This document shows, in pieces, positions 39,158 through 50,657 of a stretch of DNA of 64,000 nt. Source of the stretch: Camelus dromedarius (Eukaryota). The stretch is taken from contig NC_087437.1 in the NCBI RefSeq assembly GCF_036321535.1, positions 114,640,001-114,704,000 on the forward strand, written 5' to 3'. A program made the position numbers and the translations under genes. The notes beneath the pieces were generated by a model that was not told the DNA's origin, did no database searches, and saw nothing but the letters and a program-made list of their open reading frames with translations. Position 1 is the first letter of the stretch. The number at the start of each line of letters is the position of its first letter.

Positions 39158-40787
39158 AAGACTGGCATCGTTGGTTTAACAGGAAGCATACATCTTGCAA
39201 AGAGGCGTGGGGCGTGCCTGACCTTCAGGAGGGCGGCTCTGCAGAGAGTGTGCCCCTGAGCCAGCTCACCACCGTGGACCGCGAGGCCATCTGGGCCGAG
39301 GTGGAGAAGGAACCAGAGAAGTGCCCGGCGGGCAGCGATCCAAGTGAGGAAGACGTTCCCTGCTCCTCAGACCTGCTGGACGGGACGGCCTGCGGCACCG
39401 TGGACAGCAGCGAGCATACCGAGTCTGCGGACGCCGAGTCCGGCCCCACGGACAGCGAAAACACGTCCTCCCTCTCCTCCCCTTCCCATGACCCACAGGA
39501 GCTGAGCAGTGGCGAGCACTGTTGTGCGTCCATCCCCGGGGCCGGCAGGGCCCCCCACAAGCGCTCCACTCTGCTGGCGGCCTTCCAGGCAGAAAGCCTC
39601 AAGTCCAACGCCAAGTTGAGCCTGACGCGCGTGGACTCAGACAAGACCCAGGCTTCGGAGTCGCTCTCCAGCGACGAAGAAGCTGACCTGGAGCTCCAGG
39701 CCCTGACCACGTCCAGGCTGCTGAAGCAGCAGCGGGAGAGGCAGGAGATGATTGAGGCCTTATTCAAGCACATCCTGCTCTACCTGCAGCCCTACGACTC
39801 CCGGCGAGTGCTTTATGCCTTCTCCGTGCTGGAGGCCGTGCTCAAAACCAACCCCAGGGAGTTTATTGAGGCTGTGTCCGGGACCAGCATGGACACCAGC
39901 TCCACCGCGCACCTAAACCTCATCTCCAACCTCCTAGCTCGCCATCAGGAGGCCCTCATTGGCCAGAGTTTCTACGGAAAGCTCCAGACCCAGCCTCCCA
40001 ACGTGTTCCCCCACTCTCTGCTGCTCGAGCTCCTCACCTACCTGTGCCTGAGCTTCCTGCGAAGCTACTACCCTTGTTACTTGAAGGTCTCCCACCGAGA
40101 CATCCTCGGCAACCGGGACGTGCAGGTCAAGAGCGTGGAGGTGTTGATTCGAATGATGACGCAGCTGGTCTCAGTGGCCAAGTCGGCCGAAGGGAAGAAC
40201 GTGGAGTTCATCCACAGCCTGCTGCAGCGGTGCAAAGTCCAGGAGTTTGTCCTGCTATCACTGTCCGCGTCCATGTACACGAGCCAGAAGCGCTATGGGC
40301 TGGCTACATCGGAGCGAGGCAGGGCCCCGCGGGAGGACAGCATTTTCGAGGAGAGCCTCATCAACCTGGGCCAGGACCAGATCTGGAGCGAGCACCCCCT
40401 GCAGATTGAGCTGCTGAAGCTGCTGCAGGTGCTAATCGTCTTGGAGCACCACCTGGGCCAGGTGCAGGACGAGGCCGAAAATCAGCCGGACCTGTCCCGG
40501 GAGTGGCGGCGGACGCTGAACTTCCAACAGGCCATCAGCGCCATGCAGTACGTGCAGCCCCACCCCCTCACCTCGCAGGGGCTGCTGGTCTCGGCCGTGG
40601 TGAGGGGCCTGCAGCCGGCCTACGGCTACGGCATGCACCCCGCCTGGGTCAGCTTGGTCACGCAGTCCTTGCCGTACTTCGGGAAGTCCCTGGGCTGGAC
40701 AGTGACCCCCTTCCTTGTCCAGATTTGCAAAAACTTGGACGAGCTGGTCAAGCAGTATGAAAGCGAATCGGTGAAGCTCTCCATCAG
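39158..40787 (+). CDS. DOP1B: DOP1B large coding exon (approx. exon 19), 1630 nt
   Basis: ttttcag|AA...ATCAG|gtatgg; contains ORF 39214-40824; DWHRWFNRK...[24 protein letters not shown]...[22 protein letters not shown]. Confidence 0.97.
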
Positions 40788-41268
40788 GTATGGTGAACCC
40801 TTGGATGCATTCCTGTTGCTTTAATGACATCTTTTGTCACAAATGGCTGATTTGCTCTAGAAGCCAATTGGAGGGTAATTTCAACCTAATCAAAAGCCTA
40901 GTTAGCCTTGTCAAGAGGGGTAACTAAATGGTCAGCTCTTTTATTTTTAATTCCTCATGGCTATCCAGGCTAGTTTTGTGTTACAGGACAAGTCAGTCAC
41001 TGTCCATTATTTTTGCAAAACAGAAATAAAAATGTGAATCCTCATCACAGAAATTCTAAAACATCTGGAAACATTTTTCCAAAGTGACTATAAAAATGTA
41101 AATCAGCACAAAAGATGCCTGTCATTATTATAACAATATCGCATTATGAGAGCCCCAGGTTCTTCTGAGTGATATCTCTCTGGTTTCTATGTTTATATGT
41201 AGGATGAAAAACCTTTATGGCCTTATTCTTAAAAGTCTCAAAACTAGTTTCTCATTTCTTCACTAAAG

Positions 41269-41380
41269 CGTAACCTCCAAGAGGGAAAACATTTCTCCGG
41301 ATTATCCACTCACTCTTCTGGAAGGTCTGACAACCATTAGTCATTTTTGTCTTTTGGAACAACCCAACCAAAACAGAAAG
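41269..41380 (+). CDS. DOP1B: DOP1B coding exon (approx. exon 20), 112 nt
   Basis: cactaaag|C...AAG|gtaaat; [37 protein letters not shown]. Confidence 0.94.
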
Positions 41381-41476
41381 GTAAATCATTTTTTCCTGAG
41401 TTCAAGACAGTTCTCGTATACTGTTTTGTCTTCGCTGGGGTTATGTCTGTTCATAAGAAATGTATTTATGTGAGTA

Positions 41477-41578
41477 ATACAAATGAACATGCAAATGTTA
41501 ATGAAAATGAATACATGCAAATAATGCAAATATGTATGCAAATATATGTGCAAATATGCACAGGTAAGTAATGCAAAT
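41477..41578. repeat. Degenerate AT-rich repeat made of ATGCAAAT units
   Basis: ATGCAAAT at 41489, 41515, 41524, 41536, 41571 plus three one-mismatch copies. Confidence 0.85.
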
Positions 41579-41988
41579 GTGGTTTTGTTCTTGCTGGTAC
41601 TCCCTGTAGGCAAGTGTAGCTCTCCACCAGGAGTGGATAAAAATGTATCTTTTTTCCATGTTATTTTTTCCTTGACCTTGACCTGTAGGAAGACATTTTA
41701 GCTATTGATGGTTCTGTCCTACCTGGGATTAAATTTTAGACTGCAGCCTGTGCTTTGGTTGAGTGACTGGAACAGTTTGTAATGAGGGGTCTCAGAGTCA
41801 CAGACATCCATACATCTTGGAAAGAAAGTCTTGGCTTTAAATGCTCAGGGAGGGAGGCATTTTACTTCCAGACCCCATGTGGGACTTGCTTGGAAGAGCG
41901 CACCAGCCCATCCCACCATCCCACCTCATGCAAAGGGAAACGACACCACAGATGCAGCCGAGTCTCATATGTTCATTTTCATTTTTAG

Positions 41989-42177
41989 ACCACTGCTATG
42001 AGTGACCCTACCAATTTGAAAAATGCCAAGAATGCTATTCTGGAAGAACTGCCTCGAATTGTTAACACCATGGCCCTTCTCTGGAATGTTCTCAAGAAGG
42101 AGGAGACTCAGAAGAGACCCGTCGATCTCCTTGGAGCCACAAACGGATCCTCTTCTGTTTACTTTAAAACCACCAAA
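41989..42177 (+). CDS. DOP1B: DOP1B coding exon (approx. exon 21), 189 nt
   Basis: tttttag|ACC...AAA|gtgaga; [63 protein letters not shown]. Confidence 0.95.
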
Positions 42178-42608
42178 GTGAGAGAGCTTCCTCTCTGGTT
42201 TTATTATTTCCTTTTCTTGTATTGTCCACCGAAAGTTAAAATATGCAGGAATATATACACACTTAATCAAACCTAATGTGCTCAGTGAATCCCAAGTTAG
42301 AAGTAAGTCGGAAGTAGAAATCTCCAGTTTGTTTATTAGAATAAGTTTCCTATTCATAGAAAGAAACGCTTTTTGAGTTGTTTTGTTTATTTTTTCCCCT
42401 TTGCCTTTCTTTTTTTAAAAACAAAAGTAAAATCCCTGGGGGTTCCAGGTGGGTTACCTGAAGTCTACAACCTGTTTCTCTCAAGCATGTCTACTAAGAC
42501 AGTTTCGCCCTTACATTCTGCTTTTAGTGGTGCCTTGAACACATTGAGGTGTCTTTGAGTTTTTTTATTGAACCAGAAGAAGCACACAGCCCAGGACAGT
42601 TCTAGTTC

Positions 42609-43145
42609 TGTTCCCTAACCAAACTTGGGTCCACTCTCTTGTGTGCAATGAAGCCAATCTACTGGGTTTTGGTGAAGGAAAGTGCAGCATTTATTGTAGG
42701 TGCCAAACAAGAAATGTGTGCAGCTGATGCTCAAAAAACCCCAACTCCCCAGTGGGTTTCAGGGAAGAGCTTTTAAGGCACATGGTCATTGTGCAGTTAG
42801 CTTCTTCCATTTGGTGAGGGTTTTAGTGTCTGTAAAACAACTCAGGAATGTAGTGAATGTAAAACAACATCAGATACTGTCATCTGTATACTTCAGGGAG
42901 CAACTAAAGATTCTGTGACTGCTGCGTGGCTGACTTACTGTTTAAATAGTTACCAGTTCTCCTGGCAAAACTACTACTTTTATCACTAAATGTTCACATC
43001 CTTTCAATCATTAACTTTTGAACCAAGCTTCTGTGACCAGGGAGGCCTGGGAGACGACAGCTTTTCTACAAACAAGAAGCAGGCAGAGGACGTGGGGAGG
43101 AGTGGTCTGTCCTGGGAAGGGCCCACAGGGTCCTGCCCCATTACA
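42609..43145 (-). mobile_element. ERV1-class solo LTR, 537 bp
   Basis: TG...CA termini, 4-bp TSD GTTC (42605-42608, 43146-43149), minus-strand AATAAA (tttatt near 42690). Confidence 0.88.
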
Positions 43146-43329
43146 GTTCACTCTCCCTTGGAAGCATCCAGGCACGTGACTCAGTCTCTAATTGCCGCGT
43201 CTAGTAGCTAAGAATTATCTGGCCCTGTCTCACATCAGCTGAGCACCTGTCGGTGCCAGGTGGTGTCCTCAGGGCTTACACTGGCATCTGGCAGCCCCGG
43301 TTAAACAAAACAGACCAGAGCACAGGGAG

Positions 43330-43900
43330 CCAGCTCACCTGGGTTCAGCCTCCTGCTCAGGTGCTTTGTGGGACTTTGGACAAGTTCATTAACCTCTCTG
43401 TACTATGGTTTCCTCAGTTGCAAGCATGATGCCAGGCATCATCCGGGTGCCCTATGTTTATTGGCATATTTAGTCTTCACCTATGATGGATGTACTATTA
43501 TTATTCCCTGATTACAGATGAGGACATTGGGGTGTAGAGAGACTAAATGCTTTGCCCTCAATTGCACACCCATAAGCAGTGATGCTGGAATTAGACCCAG
43601 GCAGTCTGACTCCCAGATCGGCGTGCTTTTAGGTTCTATAACTCACAGGTAGGCTGCAAAATGTTCTGTCAGTTCCAGGAATGCCCTCTAAGGGGATCTG
43701 CTGTATTCCAAGCTGCCACAGGAACCTGCTTAAATTAAGCTTTAAAAATAAGTTCTAAAAAGGTTCAGAAAATCCGTAGGCACTCACCCTGAGCTTCAGT
43801 TTTCTCGTCTGTGAAATGAGTCTGTTACTAGTAGCCTGCCTCAGGGGGCTCAGGGAAAGATTCATTGTGATAATGGCTAACATTTATTGAGCACGTAACT
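43330..43900. mobile_element. Cluster of MIR fragments
   Basis: ctttggacaagttcattaacctctctgtac; ttacagatgaggacattgggg; ctgagcttcagttttctcgtctgtgaaatgag. Confidence 0.7.
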
Positions 43901-44049
43901 CAAGCCCTCCCTGAAGGACCCGAGGCCTCCAGCTGAGACCCCCACAGTCTCTCTAGAGCAGAAACCGTGGTAGGAGGGAGAGGACATCTCCATCCCACGC
44001 TCATTTGTATCTAAGGTGATTCTAGACAAAGACAGTGGGGACAGAGCCC

Positions 44050-44350
44050 AAAATAAATTCATTCATTCTACAAACATTTGTGGGCCTGCTGCTGCGTACC
44101 AGGCCCCGTTTATAGCCCAGTGTTTAAGACAGAGGAAGTAAGTCCTCGTCCTGCTGGCAGGCACAGGCACTGTCAATGTAAAAGCAATGCTGAGAAGTGC
44201 TACAGAGAAACGAGGGCACTGTGACAGCGTGCGACCCAGGAACCTGACCTGGGCTGGGGGTCAAGGCGGCCTTCCCGAAGCAGAGTGGCTGAGCTGGGAC
44301 CCAGCTTGCGGGGCGTTGATGGGGTGGGGGGTGTTAGAGGCTGGGGGACA
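44050..44350 (-). mobile_element. L2 3' end fragment
   Basis: ttcattcattctacaaacatttgtgggcc (reverse of the L2 tail) followed by L2-like motifs. Confidence 0.65.
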
Positions 44351-44875
44351 CGCAGGATTTACAGAGGGAGAAACGAGGTTTCGTGAATGAAAAAAACCCA
44401 TGTGTAGCAAAAGGGAGGGTAACGGGTGCTGTCCAGGGCCATGTTGCGGGGTTATTTTTAATTGGTTACATAGTGAAATTAGTTAAGTGGTACTTATTCC
44501 TGGAAGTTGAAAAAACATCCTTCCTGTTGAACATGAGCCCTTCCTGGGCTGGTTGACGTGGGGGCTTTCAGGGTGGGAACAGTGCTGGCCCCACTGTTTG
44601 GTCCCCTCTTTCTCACTGTGTCTGCAAGGCTTCAGGTGGCTGCTCGAAGGTGGTATTTATCACCTCCCTGGAGTCTCTTCTTGCTCAGCTCAGATAGCAT
44701 CTGCCCGTCCACCTGCGGGCCCCCCATACTTCTCCTCCAGCCCCTCCCCTTCCAGGGACTTGCTAGGCCTGGTGCTGGGAGCACTAAGATGGACCCCAGG
44801 GCTCCCAGGGTTTACAGGTGGCGGTGAAGCGTGTCGTCCGCCGGAGCCCTGATTCCGCTCTTCTTTATTTTCCAG

Positions 44876-44998
44876 ACCATACGACAAAAAATTTTAGACT
44901 TCTTGAACCCCTTGACAGCCCACCTTGGAGTCCAGTTAACTGCAGCTGTTGCAGCCGTGTGGAGCAGGAAGAGGGTGAAACACCACAGTAAGACGAAG
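44876..44998 (+). CDS. DOP1B: DOP1B coding exon (approx. exon 22), 123 nt
   Basis: ttccag|ACC...AAG|gtaaag; [41 protein letters not shown]. Confidence 0.95.
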
Positions 44999-45299
44999 GT
45001 AAAGCCGGAAAATCAAGGCGGTAGCTAAACTTACTCTGACAGAATACCAGAGTCACGTGTCATCAAAGGTGACGTCAGAGACCAACACGGGAAACTGTGA
45101 AAGTAGTTCCGCTGCTTTAAAAGCGCACAGTCAGACAGCCGAACCTCGTGACACCGGGGTTGGATGCTGGGTGGGTGGCGGTGGAACTCGCCCCAGCTTC
45201 TGTTTTCTGACTTTCTTTAACGACTCCATTGTACTTACGGTTCACCTTTTAAATCTGGCATCTAATAGTATGCTTACAAGAATACACATAACATGTACA

Positions 45300-45480
45300 T
45301 TTTAAATAAAGACTTTATAGGGCAGTTTTAGACTTACAACAAAATGAGAGGAAGGTGCAGAGATTTCCCATATTCCCCTGGCCCCGCACGTGCACTCACT
45401 GCCCCGTTCAACATCCCTGTCACAGAGGTATGTTGTCTCCGTTGATGCATTTGAGACGTCGTCATCAACCAGGATCATCA
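45300..45480 (-). mobile_element. Old L1 3'UTR fragment (L1MD-like)
   Basis: gggcagttttagacttacaacaaaatgagaggaaggtgcagagatttcccatattcccctg. Confidence 0.65.
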
Positions 45481-46304
45481 GTCTCTTTTAATTTATAGAA
45501 ATAATACTTGTCCATGATGGTAAAGAAAATTTAAATCATCACGTTCCTATGCCCAGACTTCAGTTTGCATTTTGTCTGTTCTTCCTCCACCAACTGGTCC
45601 ATCACGAGGTCCTTCAGGAGCTCAGTTGACCTGTTTCTGCAAAACCAGCACAGCTTTCTTCCTTGGTTCCCTCTTCGACCATGCAGGCTCCTGCTCATCC
45701 CTCCCTCAGAGGGTCTGCCCCACCCCCGAGCGCTGTCTCAGTGCCCCACATGGACACCTGTTCCCTGAGAAGGCCTGAGAGGTTGGTGGCCCTGGCCACC
45801 CAGCTTAGAACCTGTGAGGGCTTCCCTGACAATAAACCTGATCCTTCCCAGTGCACATGACCACCTTATGCAGACTTCTTTCATCAAGTATACCTCCCAC
45901 CCTGGGGTTTTCCTGCCGAGGCCAGCTAGTGTGAATCTGGTTTACGTGGTTTTCTTACTGTCCTCATGCTTTGGGGACTGTCTCTTGATATCAGCCTGTT
46001 TCCTTCAAATTAAGTCTATCTGTTTCTTAAACACTCTCTAAGCTTGAACTAACTAGAGTGACTGCCCCATCATCAAATGCACCTTTTATTCCTAATTTAC
46101 AGCAGAGACTGATTACGTTATTGTAATTAAATGCCTGCCTCACTCTTTGTCAGGACCAACAGAGTCCTTTACTCAGTTTTCATTTAAATATTTGCTTGAA
46201 AGATTAAAACAAATCTCTTTCTCCAGGAGCAAGTATTATAGAGCGCTTTCTGTGTGTAATTCTTATTTTTGTTTTCTCTCTGTGAGCTTTAAAGGAGTGA
46301 TTTT

Positions 46305-46980
46305 TTACTTTTTTTTAAATTCAAGTATAGTCAGTTTACAATGTTGTGTTAATTTCTGGTGTACAGCATAGTAATTCAGTTATAAAGAATATATATATTC
46401 ATTTTCATGTTCTTTTCATTATAGGCTATTAAAAGATAAAGAATGTAGTTTTCTGTGCTATACAGTATAAACTTGTTGTTTATCTGTTTTGTATACAGTA
46501 GTGTGTATCTGTAAATCCTGAGCTCCTAATTTATCCCTCTGCCCTCTCCTTTCCCCTCTGGTAACCATATGTTTTCTATGACTGTGAGTCTGTTTCTGTT
46601 TTATAAATATGTTCATTTGTGCCCTTTTTTTTAGACTCCACATATAAGTGATATCATATGATACTCTTTTTTCTATGTCTGACTGACTCCACTTAGAGTG
46701 GTGATCTCCAGGTCCATGCATGTTGCTGCAAATGGCATTATTTCATTATTTTTTATGGTTGAGTAGTATTCCATCGAGTATATATACACCACAACTGTTC
46801 TATCCATTCATCTGTCAGTGGACATTTAAGTTGCCTCCACGTCTTGGTTATTGTAAATAGTGCTGCTGTGAACACTGGGGTGCATGTATCTTTTTGAACT
46901 AGAGCTTCCTCAAGATATATGCCCAGGAGTGGGATTGCTGGGTCATAGGGTAAATCTGTTTTCAGTTTTTTAAGGGATCC
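46305..46980 (-). mobile_element. 5'-truncated L1 (camelid type) next to a DOP1B splice acceptor
   Basis: T-rich tail, ORF2 C-terminal remnant (LKKLKTDLPYDPAIPLLGIY), 15-bp TSD TAAAGGAGTGATTTT at 46290-46304 and 46981-46995. Confidence 0.93.
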
Positions 46981-47006
46981 TAAAGGAGTGATTTTCATTT
47001 CTACAG

Positions 47007-47141
47007 ATTGTCCCCGTGGCGAGCGCATCCCAGCTCACCCTCGTCGACCTGACTTGTGCGCTGAGTACCCTGCGGACAGACACGGTGCTGCACCTGGTGA
47101 AAGAGGTGGTGAAGAGGCCCCCGCAGATCCGAGGGGACGAG
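47007..47141 (+). CDS. DOP1B: DOP1B coding exon (approx. exon 23), 135 nt
   Basis: ctacag|ATT...GAG|gtcagg; [45 protein letters not shown]. Confidence 0.94.
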
Positions 47142-47473
47142 GTCAGGAGCCTGGGGCCCCTCCAAAGGAGTGCGTGCCTCTGACTCCGCGTCTTATACAG
47201 TGTGTTTGGGAGGGAAACGGGTCACAGGAGCAACTGGGAATTCGGGGGCTGTAAACAGAGGTGTTTTTACCGGGCTTTGCAGGGATGGTATGAAATGTGC
47301 CTCATGGGCTTCAGTGCTCCTGTTTTGGGGTGGGGACTGCTTGGGTCAGGGACCACTTCCATCCTTATGTCCCGCTGCGGGGCGCTCTGCAAGGACCTAC
47401 TGTGTGCTAAATAGAATAAGTCCTTTAGGGGGAGGCAATAGCACTTGCCTCAAGCAACTTGCAACCTAAAAGG

Positions 47474-48211
47474 TGTCAAAGATAAGCAAAGCCGGATAAT
47501 AATTAAAGGTGGAAAAGACCGATTTTATTCAGTAACAACTGCAGCAGGGGAGAGAGCAGGGCCCAGTTCAGATTTCTGCAGAGGTAACTGGGTATTAGAG
47601 GCAGAGAATGAAGGGTAGGGAGGGTGAATGAGCTGAGGCTTCCACAGAGTCGGGGGCATGGAAAATGACAAACAAGCAGGAAGGGGGTTGGTGGATATAA
47701 TTAGTCCATTGGGTTTGCAAACTGTAATGCAGAAGGTAGGTTCCTACACTCCCACGGAGACTGGGAGACAGGGGCCCTGTCTTTCTCAATGATGATAGTT
47801 CAGAAGAATGGTTCCTGGGTCTTTTGAGAAAGGCATTCCCGGGTTGTAGGCGACATACATGCATCTCAAAGGGAGAGGAAGAACTTATAACTATAAGCTT
47901 CTCTTAATACATGCTCTAAGGTAGGGAGGTCAGGAACCTGTCAGGTATTGGCTGAACCAACAGCAGATTCCTTCAGAAGCCTAGTGCTTTCCTCCTCGGA
48001 CAGGCATTTTAAAGGGGTTGGGTTCATCACCCTAAGGATGTGGCTTTGAGCTGCTGGAAACCATGCCAGTGTTTGTTCACGTCTCCTAGTGTGTGGGGTG
48101 GATGGAATCTTTGTGCTAAAGGTACAACCTTGTGGACCAAGGTTGAGGCCTAGTCAAGAAGAGGGCTCGGAGGAGCCTGACTGGGCTGGGTAAAGGAGAG
48201 CAGCTTTGTCA
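47474..48211. mobile_element. Old ERV1 LTR (MER4 group, MER31-like)
   Basis: tgtcaaagataagcaaagcc start, ctttgtca end, internal catctcaaagggag...tgctctaagg motifs; no clean TSD. Confidence 0.7.
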
Positions 48212-48699
48212 GTGGATGAGTTAAAACTTTGCATAATTTTTATAAAGGTACAAAATTCACATCATAGGACTTAACTCACACTGGACATTCTGAGAAAGAG
48301 GAGATTTCGTCTGGCTGCAGTGAAGGCAGTGGCATTTGAAGTGGCATGTGATTGAACGATGAAGCTCCTCCAGTTTTTCTGCTCAGTGTCCACGTAGCAG
48401 TTGAGGGGAGCCATGCTGCTCAGATGCCTTTTTGTTTATGCACAATGATTCTGAAACTGAACAGATTTCATGGTTTAACAGTTTTATGCCTTAGAGATTT
48501 TTGTTTTTACCAGAGCAGATCTCTTCCTTGAAAGTATTAGAGCTATTTTATTCTTAAATTGATAGAAACTAGGGATTTGTTTGAACCTTGAAATTATTGC
48601 CTTCTATCAGGTGTGGTAAAATTATACAGTTAGGAAAAATTTAAGGTTAATTCCAATCTAAGTGAAAATTAATGGAGTGGACATAGTGATTATTAAAAA

Positions 48700-49205
48700 A
48701 GTTTTACTCAAACAGATATTTGTGCACCAGTGTTCATAATAGTGTTAATCACAATACCCAAAATGTGGAAACAACCCAAGTATCCATTCACGGATGAATG
48801 GATAAACAAAATGAAGTATATACATGCAGTGGAATATTATTCAGCCTTTAAAAGGAATGAAATTCTGATACTGCTGTAATGTAGGTGAACCTTGAAAACA
48901 TTGTGTTAAGGGGAATAAGCCAGTCCAAACAGACAATGTTGTAAGATTCCACTTATCTGGAATACCCAGTAGTCGAGTCCATAGAGACAGAAGGTGGAAT
49001 GATGGGGTTACCAGGGGGTGTGGGGGAGGAAGAAATGGGATTTAGTGCTTAGTGGGGACAGAGTCTGAGTTTGGGAACATGAAAATGTTCTGGAGGTAGT
49101 AGTGGTGGTGGTTGTCCAACAGCACGAATATACTGAGAGCCCTTATACCTTAAAAATGTTTAAAATGGTAAATTTTGTTAAGTATATTTTAACCAAAATA
49201 AATTT
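48700..49205 (+). mobile_element. L1M 3' end, sense to host gene
   Basis: atgtggaaacaacccaagtatccattcacggatgaatggataaacaaaatg...aaaatggtaaattttg...aataaa. Confidence 0.88.
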
Positions 49206-50601
49206 TTATAACAAGTAAAAGAAATCTCATACTCAGGATGGTGAACAAAAAGCTGGACCTTAGAATCAGAGCTGTATTACCCCAGAGTGAGAAAACTGAC
49301 CGAGATGATCTTTAGTGGTTTTTGTAGCTCTGCCAGCCTTGGAGGAGAACTCCCCACTCAGGGCTCCTCCCTGAAAGGGCCTCTGGCACAGGGTAGCCCT
49401 CTGCAGAAATGTCCACGCTGGGAAGGCCTTTGGGGCTTCTGACCACTCAGTTATACTCAGGGCTCTAGTCCCCTTTCTTCAGTCCTGTGTTAATTGAAAA
49501 GTATGTGCATCCAAGGTGGGGAGTCCTGAATAGTGAAACTGTCCCCGCCCCTGGTCAGCCTGTGTCCTAGCTAGGGAAAGAAGATAAGCCAGCCTAAAAA
49601 TGAACACTGCGAGGCCACGATTATGGAACCAGCGAAGTGCTTAAGGAATCAGACATCAAATGGGCACAGGCACCTTCACCGCAGCTGTCGGACGTCTGCC
49701 CCCAGGGCTCCCAGTGCCTGGTGGTCTTGTCGCCTTTTGCTCCTGAACGTGACTGTGAAAGTGATGAGCCCTGAGGAGAGGGGCCAGGTGGAGGAGCCAT
49801 CAGATCTGGAGTGGATTTTCATTTATGAGTCTGAGCAAGTCTCAGGCGTCGGGAAATGGACCTTCCTCGCTGCTGTTCAATCCCCACAGATGGCATTCTG
49901 GCCGCAGCCCCAGGGGAGCTGGCCCTGCGACAGCTTTATATACAGAGCAGGCGCTTCTTGGTTTTGCTCCTTCACGTTTGAATTTTTACATGTATCTGCA
50001 GTTCCTGGGCTAAAAAAAAAAATCTAGACATGGTCTGGCTGACTAGCTTTTGGCTGTTCCCATAACAAAATGACATTTTGTGGTTAGTGTAGTTAATTGG
50101 CTCAACTTCTGTAACTTCTATAAATAGCCTTTTACAAGCAAGGAGGGGGAAAAAATTGTGTTTTGGAAACCTATTTCTAAGTAGTTCCAGCCATGTGGGA
50201 TTTTGGAAAGTTGTCTGGGCTGGGTTTGAGGGAATTCCTGGAGCTAAGAATTAGAATTTTGTATTATTTCCTGTCTGTAGCTCGTCCTGAGGTCTACTTT
50301 GGCCACCAACTTTGTGTTTGGGGAGGTTCCGTTACGATGCCAACACTTCCCTAAATACTTGTTAAGATTCTGGAGCGGGAAGTAGGTAAACATGAAGGAG
50401 TGGCTCTGGGACCTCATAGGGTACATTTGTCTTTGTTTCACCTGGGAAATACTTTCACGTCTGTTATTATATTTGAAAGACTCTTTGGCTGAAAACCTTT
50501 GCTTTGTTAGGACACAGAATCTGTTTCGCTTCTGTATTTAAATTCTTTTTTAGCCTCATTTCCTACCAGCTGGGATTAATTGGCTTTGCTTTAATTTTCA
50601 G

Positions 50602-50657
50602 AAATCGCCCCTCGTGGATGTCCCTGTGTTGCAGTTTTGCTTTGCTTTCATCCAAAG
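50602..50657 (+). CDS. DOP1B: DOP1B coding exon (approx. exon 24), 56 nt
   Basis: ttttcag|AAA...CAAAG|gtaatg; KSPLVDVPVLQFCFAFIQ. Confidence 0.93.

Noticed and set aside
39225..40830. Long antisense and alternate-frame ORFs over the large exon, and similar ones at 26521-27335 and 13462-14224
   Set aside because: Shadow ORFs of GC-rich coding sequence with no recognisable protein similarity or independent gene signals
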